Below, piece after piece: positions 53,481 through 64,000 of a stretch of 64,000 bases of DNA; the first letter of the stretch is position 1; each line of letters starts with the position of its first letter. The notes beneath the pieces were generated by a model, which was given only the letters and a program-made list of their open reading frames with translations, was not told the DNA's origin and did not search any database. The stretch spans positions 59,210,001 to 59,274,000 of the forward strand of contig OZ336874.1 in the NCBI GenBank assembly GCA_965287045.1, in the 5' to 3' direction. Origin of the DNA: Carcharhinus amblyrhynchos (taxonomy: Eukaryota). A program made the translations under genes and the position numbers.

Positions 53481-56400
53481 CACCCTCTGGTGCTGCCTGT
53501 TGCTGGCCTTGCGATCTCAGTCTCCATAAGAGCCCTCCTTGATCAATCCTCTCCTCCTGCTCCTGAGATTGTCGGAATATTGGGCGTATGAGACCCATTT
53601 ATATTCTACTAGACAATGACATGGGCACCTATGTTCAGGGTTTTATCTATAAAACTGCTGACGATTTTCTCTCCTTCATTGTCCACATCCAAAACTCCAG
53701 TCACCCTCCATTGGCCTCCTCCTACTTGGATCTGCACCCTGGCAACTATATATTTTTGAGGATGTCTAGTAACACTGAGTGACTCTGGAATTGCAATCCA
53801 GGATTCTTCCTCTCCCTTCCACCTTTGACACTGGGAGGATCAAGTGTGATGGGGACAAAGATCACTGCACGTCTTCCCTCTATAACCCTTGAATATCCAC
53901 ACCTCCCCCCCACCCCAAAGATTGACATGTTGGGGACGATTCTTCCTTTCCCACCCACTAATTTTTTAGTGGGTTGTGCTGGGACACGTATGCGTGCGCC
54001 AACTCATGGGATTCGCACATTTGTCATCTCATTGCCAGAGAGCAGGCGCGATCATGACCACACTGGAAACTGGCTGAATAACCAGGTAAGTGATTTTAAT
54101 CTATTTGTAAAGTAATTTAGATGTCATTATCAGGCCCAGGACTGAATTCTCTGGCCCGATAGTATCTCCCATCCCACCAAGAGTATTTCACTCTAGCAGG
54201 ATTTAGAGTAGCTTTCCACTTTCAGGGAACAAGTGGGAGACCCCACTGGAGTGAAGTGGGGGGCAATCAGGCCCCCACTCCCAAGGAGCTGGGCAGCATA
54301 GGGGTGGTACCCCGGCAGTACTAGCATGTGCTCCTGATACTGCCCAAGGGGCATCTTGGACTGCCCACTAGGCATTGGGCAGTGTCAAGGGGGGTGGGTC
54401 CAATCGTAGGTGTGGCCTAGGGGCGATCTGTAGGGGTAGGGGTTCCCACTGCATGGGGATTGGTCAGGGCTGGAGGGAGGCCAGCAATTGGGGCAGACAG
54501 TGTCTGGAGACTGCGGTGCTCTGGGACAAGAGGGGGGAGTGGGAGGGGCTGACCCAGGAATGCTTCTGCGTGCCGCGATCGGGCCCTTGCGAGGGGCTGG
54601 ATGGACAGCACTGCGAGGGTCCCCCGGGCTGGCCAGCAAACTGCAGGCTGACAGACCAGGGCCACAGCACATAGCAGAGTTCCATAACTATCAGACTCCA
54701 GTGTGAATAGGTCCTGCCCCTGAGTTCTAATGATATTCATGACTGTGACCTCTGCAGTGGACAGAGTGAGGGAGATTTGAGTATGAACTCCCATTGAAAA
54801 TACAATTGTGAACTGCATCATTTTCCCCACCAATTCAGCACTTTGAACTTTTTTGGGAGAATAGCCCCCTTCATTTCTCCCCACTGAGCCTAAACCTGTT
54901 GAGATATCATCTCTGACTACAGACTCTCTCTGCATCATCCTTACGATTGCCATTAAATCCTGTGACCCTGCCCTATGAGGTATTTTTATTAATTTTATCT
55001 CAGATTAGACCTGGTCCCTGTACTGATCTCCCCCGTGACTGTCTCTGCCGGCCAGCATCCTATGTTTGGCATACGGACCCAATTTGCACAGTATTAGCAC
55101 TGCTCTTTCAGCCACTCATTTTGTTTATCTTCAATATCTGGCTCTACTCACCCTGGCCACACCCAAGATGTCAGGCCCTTCCCACCGTGTATTTCTACCA
55201 CAACCCCGCTGCTGTCTTCCCTCAAAGCCCTCTTCAGGTTCTCCATGCCGCACCTCCGCCACCCCACACAACCCGTCCCCCGTAGAATCTCTCCAGCACC
55301 TCACCACCCCCACCCTGACTCATCCTTGCAAGTTCCAACCCTCCATCTAAGCTGCCATTCTCCTGCTTAACCCTCATGGTGCTGCAGCGTTCTTCAAAGA
55401 CAACTACAGTCCATCTCAGACTTAACTGCACACAACTGACTATTACATGCTGAAGCAGGTGCCACGAGTTTCCCATGTGCCGCTGAAGTAACTTTGAAGG
55501 TTTTTTTTCACTAAGCTTTAGGATAATGATAATCTCTGGGATGCAAATGTAGCAGGAACCTAGCATGGAACAGTGCGATGCCCAACCCACCACTGCAATA
55601 TCAATTGCTTCATTTTTGAGTCTGAACCTGCTGCCGTTATTTTGAAATTTCAGCTCACACATAATTAACATACCCTGCCTGTCACGTTTTCCACTCCCAG
55701 ACTCATAACTGAATTCATCTGTAATCTGGCAGGCTGATTTAAATATGTCAACAAAGTGTTACACTCCTCTAGGTCAAACATTTGTCTGGCATGCTACTTG
55801 CAGATATAAAAACAGCAATGGATGCCGACGTTGGCGAGTTGGGAACACATTTTCTATTTTCTACACTTTGCACCACCTCCAGCCTGTCATGGGGAGTGGG
55901 GAAGAGTAATAATCTAGGTCTGTGAATCTGCTGATATGGTGCAAGAAAAGAAATTGCCTTCCTAGAAATGGGAAAATTTAAACAAACAATGTCTCAGAAC
56001 GAATCTGCTATTATGGTCTGAATTTTAACATGCTGGAGAATGTTAATTTGGGTGTAGGTGAGGAGGAATAAAAACAGAGGAAAGTAGCAGCACACAGCTG
56101 CAATAGCCAGCATATTTTAAAGTACCTCACTATTATTTAATTTGCAATCTCAGTATTAGGATCAGTAAACTGTGCGAAGCTATCAGAATAGGTTGCAGCA
56201 GAAGTATTCACTTTTATTCGCAACTGTTTTGGGGGAAAATTAAACTAACATTTTATACTGAAGTCCGAGGCACATTATTTATCTCTGATAGCAACAATAG
56301 CTTAACAATTGTCAATTAAAAGACAAGCTTAAATGAATAGCAATAATTTACTTACAGAAGGCCAATAAACTGCAATTAGGACATTCTGTCTTAAGCTTCT

Positions 56401-58029
56401 GACCTTATGCTTCATCTTAAATCAACCTGCCAGATCTCCACTATATACCTCACTGTATACGTGCTCAGAAAATCACCACTTAATTCAATCACGCATCATT
56501 TGAATACTGAATTTTGTACCACTGGAAAATATTCTCAGTTGTCAATTAACAACAGTTGGGGTTGATTGGAGATAGCTTGAGGAGGTCATAATGCTGCTGT
56601 GATATCACACAGTCCACTTTACTTCATCAACCATTATTTAACTAATTACACAAATTTGGAACTTTCTCATGTTTTCTATTTTGCTTTGTGCCACTGATTT
56701 GCAATGTGTTTAAAAATGCAGTTTGGAGGATTATAAGGCAGTATGGGCAGTTGAATAAATGGAATTCACTTCTGAATTCTGAGTCATCCAATAAATTTAC
56801 ACTCTGATGGCCACAGCAACAGGCTAAGAAAGTATAATGATTGGTTATCTGCGTGCTTCACCATGCGTAACAGGCAAGCTTGTTACACGTTCTATTACAG
56901 TATCTGAATATTTCAGTGTAAATAATTGGCTTGCAGTATTGTATTCATATACGAGCATCAATTCTGAGACTGGACTACCTGTGAAAATGAATAGGAAATG
57001 ACCAAACTAGAGAGTAGCAGAGCAAATGCAAGTGATTTTAAAAATGTTAAACGTGCTTGAAACAATATAGGCGGTATAATAAGTACACAAAAAATTGTAC
57101 ACATATGAATGGATTACAAAATTCAAGCTTTGGAAAATGACTTGCGCAAAGAAAATAATTTCACACACTTCAGTTTCAATTACAATCTTAATAAATCACA
57201 TTTTTACCTGACATCAAATGATTGGAATCAAGAGGAACAGGCTGCACCAAAAGCAATTGGGAGGGCAGGGGACAAGAGCTGTTAAACTGGATCAAACTTC
57301 TGATAAATCAGGCACAGTTTCTAAACTGTGGAGGTGAAATACAAATCTGTAATGTATAACTGAATATAAGCAGTACGTACGTACTGTGATGAGAAACTTT
57401 TGTGAGAGAGGAATTATTTTTCCGTCCAAATTTTTCCCTTCTTTTGAAGGTATCAACTCTTCCTGGGTTCACGGTGGCGAGAGTAAGAGTAAATCACTAA
57501 AGTGTTCATTCTTTCAGTGGACAGTGATGACCAAAGGATTATTTGAGAGTGAAGGGTTAACAGAGACATTCCAACAGTGATCACTGGCAAGTATTCACAG
57601 GCAGAAACCCTGCCTCATTGCCCCTCCCCAGCCTAAACATGTTGAAATCAATTGTACATTACACACACACATGGACACACAACACTGAGCGCTGCATCAA
57701 ATTTGCAATTTAAAAAAAATTCAGATTATAAAAATAAATATCCTATGAAGTTTAAGCTATAGGAACAAAATAAAAATCTGGAAATAAACTAGAAAGCTGT
57801 GATTTACTCTAACTACAATACATATATTTTCAAATTGGCTTCAATCCTCATAACGAGGACAATGCAAAACAACTGTCAGAAGTGCTAACATTAAAGACAA
57901 CAGAACAATAGAAATGATTCTACATGTATTTATGCTTAGAGATTACCATTGGTCAACACAAGCTCCAAAATGTTTAGTTTACCATTTCACTGTTTTTTTG
58001 AAAATGGGTATTTGGGTTCCATGGATATA

Positions 58030-58530
58030 CAAGAACACAAGAGACAAAAGCAGGAGTAGGCAACCAGACTCTTCAAGCCTGTCCTGTCATTCAACATGAT
58101 CATGGCTCTCCATGCCGACCTCAACTCTTTTTCTGTGCCATTTCGTTGAATTGAATTGAATCCCTACTGTGCAGAAGGAGACCATTTGGCCCATCAAGCC
58201 TCTTATCCAGCATTATCCCTGTACTGCCACATTTTTATCCTGCTAATCTCCCTAACCTATATATCTTGGGACACAAAGGGACAATTTACCATGACCAATC
58301 AAACTCATTTTTATAGCCCTCTATTCCTCAAGCTATCAAATATTTATCCACCTCCACTTTGAATACTTCTAAATGATCTAGCTGTCGTCATCCTTTGGGG
58401 CATAGAATTCCAAGAATTCACCACCCTCTATGAGGAGAAATTTCTAAGCACCTAAGTTTTAAATGACCATCTCTTTATCTTACAGTTACGTCCCCTTGTT
58501 CGAGATTCTCCCACTAGTGAAAACATCTGA
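58030..58530 (-). mobile_element. CR1 3' fragment with an embedded SINE remnant
   Basis: aagaacacaagagac..agcaggagtagg antisense CR1 tail; SINE-like segment 58160-58300. Confidence 0.65.
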
Positions 58531-59274
58531 CCGAATTTGGACAAATCAAAACAAAGAATCCATTTGAAATTTACTGGTCATTTTGCCTCAATTATATTGT
58601 TTAAGTATCACATTGTTAGCCTGATTTTGGATGCAAAGTATTCTTTCTTGTGCATTTACATATTTTGTACAGCTTTGTTTCAACAGAAAATATTTTACTA
58701 TAAGAACTATCTAATTAAGGATGCTGTTTTAATAATACTCTAAACATACTTCCCAGACAGCCATTTATACTTCATTCATTTTAAACCATAGACACAATAG
58801 ATATGAATTTCTTCCATAGCATTAGATAAATTTATTCAATATTGCAGTATCTGGACAGAATCCAGAGGGAATGCAGGTGGCACAAAGAAATTTATAATAT
58901 AAAAACAGTGATTGCTTCAGTTCTCCTGCTTATATTTCTAGACAGACCAATAAACCCTACTAATGCCTAGATTTACTAGAAAATTTCTATTCATTTCCCT
59001 GCGTAGCAGAAACTAAGCTAATAAAGTCCCACCGAGAGCACCGTCAGGCTAAATCCCTCAACCACTGAAAATGCTGCCTGGCTAAATCTCACTTCACTTT
59101 TCCATTCTGCCAACCACTTAGGGCAGAGCCCAAGGGAACTCTGCAGCTTATCCCTCCTCACGCAATGTCACAGGCAGAAGTCTGAGTGGTCCAATCAGTG
59201 CCGAGAAAAGAATAAACTAAAAAGATTAAAACACAGATGTTCATGCATTTTACATACAGCATGCCCTGTGGTCT

Positions 59275-59288
59275 GTTACTAGGGTAAC
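59275..59288. promoter_or_regulatory. RFX X-box-like motif GTTACTAGGGTAAC
   Basis: GTTAC/GTAAC half sites at X-box spacing; function untested. Confidence 0.4.
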
Positions 59289-60177
59289 TGGAGACCACCA
59301 ATGTGCATTTTATTGGCCGTATAAAATGGATCACATGGTCGGAAAAGTATTGTATGATAATAGTGGAGCTTTTGTTGAATTTGTTTGCTCATCAATATCA
59401 TAAGTACATTCTATTTCCAACCAAAAAAAAATCAACATCCCAAATACAAATTGTGCATCTTCGTTTTTCTTCATAATTCTAATTCTATCATTGAAACCAA
59501 AATGTCCTTTTAAATGCACACACTATGTTGCATTAATTGTAGTCTGAATAGTAAATACTATTTATTTTGTTGAATGTGTGCCCACAATAGTAAACCTGCA
59601 AGTACAAATAAATTATTATTCCTGTTCTACTCAATACTTAGTGCCAAGTGAAATATAGCACCAGGAAAGCTGGCTGCAGGACAGAATACAAACACACACA
59701 TCCTCAACAATATCAATAAACCTTTAATCATCTGGGCAGATATAAAAGCTTCACCTTTCCCGCACCTACAACCTCGGCTTTCTCCTCTAATCCAAACAGG
59801 ATCTGGCAGGCCCAGGCCAGTCAGGGGAAACATCACAAATCTCAAAGGACTACTGTGGTTCAAGTGTTGATTTACAGAGGGCAGGCAGAACAGATCAATA
59901 GGAGAACAGACTACATTCAAATTCACAGGAGAAAGCGAACATGCTGAGACAATAATTTCCTGGGAAAGCTAAAACCTAATGAGAATCAACTCTGTCCGTT
60001 TCATTCAGACAACCAACCCCTTTGTAGGCAACGGCTTCCTGACAGACAAGGCCTTTTAATAGGATTTCCATATGATTTCCAACACCTGCCTAAAAAGTTA
60101 TTTGTTTATATTCAGAGAGAGAGCTTCTTGATTCAGACATCTGAGATATCTTAGGAAGCAATCTAGAAAGCAGTTTT

Positions 60178-60191
60178 GTTACCATAGTAAC
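60178..60191. promoter_or_regulatory. RFX X-box motif GTTACCATAGTAAC
   Basis: Matches the GTTRCCATRGYAAC consensus; function untested. Confidence 0.5.
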
Positions 60192-61575
60192 GTGGATTTT
60201 CATCCTTTTAATGCATAGTAAAGTACAGCATTTCCACCCTTAGCTCTAAAAAGGCAAAATTATACTCATCTCGAGGATTTTGATCAATCTCTTCTTGTTT
60301 CCTCTACAAGATTTAATGTGCAAAACAAAACACTGGCTAATTGTTATTGTAATACTTAAAATTATATTACATTAGACTAATACATCTCTGTATGTTGTAA
60401 CCTGACGTAAGTCAGTAATGTATTCGAATATTCTATCTAAAGATTTAGTCATTCAATTGTCCCATAACAATTAAAGTGGCTGCAGGTTCTGTAGGATGTG
60501 CACAGCTAGAGGTGAAATAAATCTATGTGGCATTAGAAGATAATTTAAAATGAACAAAAAAGTCATGTCACCATTATATACTTCATTATGTCAATGAACT
60601 AAACATGCCAATATTGACTGGTTGAAGGGCCATTAAAACAATAAAAAAAATTTTCTAGTGACCCATTCACTGAGGATGTAATTCAGGGACTTACAGGTAA
60701 AGACCACTAATTGCACAAACCTTAGGACAGAGACTTTGCATAATGTGTGAAAAGCCAGCAGGGACACAACAGGTCAAAACAGCCTCCTTTGTGCTGGAAC
60801 CATTTTACGATTTTTGGCTGTTGTATAATTAAATAAGATGGTAGGTGCCCAACATATATAATAATCTAAAGAGACAATGTCCAAAACACTTATTAGCTAG
60901 CCTATCCATTTAAATTGCAGACTTAAAAGCTGCATTGGACAGCATAACATGACTGAGGGAAAAGCTATTTATAAAAAATACTGAAAGGACAGTTTTTGAC
61001 GTTGTGGTTTTCGACATTGATGGGAACAAGAAGGGTCAACCTCAAGCTTCCGACATGTCTTTGCAAATATCAACACCAAAATGCCATATTAATTGTAAAG
61101 TGTCATAATCCTAATTAATTAATCCTAAATGTTCTTGTCTATCTCAGCAACCCGTGAACCTATTTAATTCCTCAGAGGTGCTGGCAAGCAATAACCCCTG
61201 CAAGCTGAACTCCCTCTCCTGAGAGCACTTCTCCATTCACAATGTCACTGGAGTAGCAGCATTTAAATTCAGGATTACTATTGAATTTTAAGACAATTAT
61301 TGCCATCGTTACAGCTTAGATTACCCTATTATGATAATTGCTCAGTTTGCTTCTTCAACAGCAGGGTGAAAATATCTCTTTAAAAGGATTAAACAAGAGT
61401 GTGGGTGGGGTTAAATATATAAATCTTTAATTTTAAAGTAACAGTGTTTTGAAACTATTTTGAGCTGAGCTTTTATGCATTTTTCCTTTTGTCTGATGTA
61501 TTGTGACATATACTTATATACTCTTATATACTAACCTTAAATATATATTTATAATGATTATCTTTAATAAGTGCT

Positions 61576-61890
61576 GGCATGGTGGTACGATGGTTAGCAC
61601 TGCTGCCTCACACCACCAGGGACCCGGGTCTGACTCCCGGCTTGGGTCACTGTCTGTGCAGACTCCGCACAATCTCGCCATGTCTGCACGGGTTTCTTCC
61701 AAGTGTGTTCCAGTTTTCTCCCACAGTCCGAAAGACCGAAAAACGTGCTGGTTAGGTGCACTGGCCATGCTAAATTCTCCCTCAGTGTACCTGGGCAGGT
61801 GCCAGAGTGTGGCGACTGAGGGATTTTCACAGTAACTTTGTTGCATTGTTAATGTAAGCTACTTGTGACACTAATAAATAAACTTAAAAA
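61576..61890 (+). mobile_element. tRNA-derived V-SINE
   Basis: Same family; tail gtgacactaataaataaac. Confidence 0.9.
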
Positions 61891-63379
61891 AACTAATAGC
61901 AAGCCTAAACTATGGCTAATGCAATTGTCTTATTTTTATTCATTCATTTATAAAGCATATGTGAATTCAAAGCCTGAAAACTGTGCAAGCCTTTTTAAGA
62001 GTTAAATATCAACACTTTTTAGTTACTGAAAATTTTTGTAAAAATGGTGAAAGGATAATAGGCCAATGCCCTGAAAATATGAACTTTTGACTTTAGTAAA
62101 GAGTCTTTTGTGGGCACTGTAAGTCATGTATTGTGTGGGAGGAAGAGAAAAATTATTATGGTCAAATCACCATGATATTTTTTATTTAGGAATTTAATAA
62201 CATTACATCAAATGTATAATTAGAAAAGATCCATTTTAAATCACATCTAAAGTCATGAATAAAATAACCTAATAATTGGTCAACTTGAACTTTTTGTTTG
62301 GAACCCCCCTATCCTCTAGGTGTTGTTCTGATTTGTGTTGTAAGAAAACTTTTTATTATGCAAGGATTTTTTTTTAAACAGTTCATCAGAACATCAATAC
62401 AACAGAAAACTTTACTTGTTCATATTATATCCTACGCTAATTATTGCCAACATATCCTTTACTTTGCACATTAATGGTTTCAAAAGTGCTATAAAAATTT
62501 TCAGGCATCATTAATTTAAATTTGCACTGAAATTTCCCCTTGACAAAAAGCCAAAAATTGATGATTATTTAGAGCACGAGTAATGCCTGTTTGCACATTA
62601 GTAGAGGAGAAAAGGGAAAAATTAAATGCAAGAGGAAATTTATGTCATGTTTATTACCTGTTAAATGTTAAAGAGCATTATTCTGCACGAATAAATTATC
62701 TTATACAAGGATACAAAGTGCAGCTGTTGGGAATTGTCACATTCTGGCAGTTAGACATCAGTATTAGTCACATGGTGTAAAATCATAAAAAGCCTCTCCT
62801 ACACAGAACCACTTAAGAGACGACAGATCAATAAAACAAGAGACTAACTGCTACTTTGTGCATAGCTGAAAACATTTAAGGAAATTAGCAAGCTATTGTA
62901 TCTCAAAATGCTGGCAGCAAGCTTTTCATCCTTAAATAAATCATTCTGATGGGTCTCTGAAGTTCCGATATCAAAAATATTTTCTTTTTAACCACAAAAT
63001 GAGCTTTGTTTTCTACTTGGAGCTAAATTAATCTGAGCTTTTAGGGTTTTTTTCCCCTCATGGAACTGTAACTGGTGTGATTCAGCTCTTCTGATAGAGG
63101 AAGGAAAACAGGCATAAAATTCAGAAGTGCAGCAACACTGGAGGCAGCAATAAGGAATCTGGTCACCATCCTGCGAGTTTGTATTGCATCATCATCAGTT
63201 GCTTTCAGTGCACCCTCCATTGCTTAACATGTTGAGAAGAGTACTTGTACAGGCGTCCCCTGTGAGCTCCAAAAGCAGTGGAAATGATCTGATAATATCA
63301 CACAGCCCCACCAGCTGATTTAAGACTGTTGCCCAATTTTGGACCACACAGATCCATTCAAACAAATTTGCTTGCCAAT

Positions 63380-64000
63380 CAACAAAGAGAGGCCCAGCAC
63401 TACTGCTACTTAAAACAATCAGGTTATTCTTCTTGTCAAAATAGACAATTTCACATTTTCCCATAGCATATCCTTTTACCACATATTTTCTCACTTACTT
63501 AACCTATCCATATCCCTTTGTAGCCTCCTTATGCCCTTTTTCACAACCTATTTTCCAATCTATTTTTGTGCCATCAGCAAATTTAACAACCATACCTTTG
63601 GTCCCTTCATTTAAGTAATTTAAATAAATTGTAAAAAGTTGACACCCCAGCACTGATCTCTGTGGCACCCCTCATTACGTCTTGCCAACCAGATAATGAT
63701 CCATTTATGCCTACTCACTGTTTCCTGTTCAATAGCCAAACTTCTTTCCATGCCAATAAATTGCTCTCACTGCCATGAAATTTATTTTCTGCAATAAACT
63801 TTAATGTGGCACCTTAACAAATGCCTCTGGAAATCTAAGTATTTCTGGTTCCCCTTTACCAACAGTATATGTTATCTCTTCAAAGAACTCCAATAAATTG
63901 GTTAAACATGATTTCTCCTTTCAAAACTATGTTGATTCTGCCTGGTTACCTTGAATTTATCCAAATGTCCTCACATAATTTCATAATAGCTGCTGACATT
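63380..64000 (-). mobile_element. CR1 RT fragment running off the window edge
   Basis: Antisense LLEFFEE, LDFQRHLLR, SVLG and FADGTKI remnants. Confidence 0.8.

Noticed and set aside
56350-56375. Possible 14-nt micro-exon ttgcag|TTTATTGGCCTTCT|gtaagt on the minus strand
   Set aside because: Weak pyrimidine tract, frameshifting length and no similarity to TLE peptides; insufficient support
41402-64000. Upstream TLE4 micro-exon (DRDSIK-like) and Q/GP exons
   Set aside because: No matching sequence with splice sites was found; they are probably beyond the window

Overview
Vertebrate genomic DNA, most likely a shark. The evidence is its HE1/V-SINE-type tRNA-derived SINEs, Deu-domain SINEs and abundant CR1, L2, RTE and Penelope-like repeats. 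The window holds the 3' part of a Groucho/TLE co-repressor gene on the minus strand, best matching TLE4. Twelve GT-AG coding exons run from 41401 down to the TAG stop at 11019 and give 1701 nt in one continuous frame (CcN, SP and WD40 domains). The upstream Q/GP exons lie beyond position 64000. The introns are packed with nested mobile elements: a young 5'-truncated CR1, Harbinger transposase relics, a Gypsy LTR/pol relic, and a Penelope-like element with inverted repeats and degenerate hammerhead-ribozyme cores. Less expected items are an intronless SSNA1 retrocopy without a poly(A) tail inserted in a CR1, a decayed UACA/RAI14-family coiled-coil fragment, a recursive-splice-type AG|GTAAGT start on the penultimate exon, a candidate alternative last exon, and motif-dense candidate enhancers. 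All family assignments come from recognising motifs by eye; no database search was run. I cannot demonstrate a wholly new biological system from the sequence alone.
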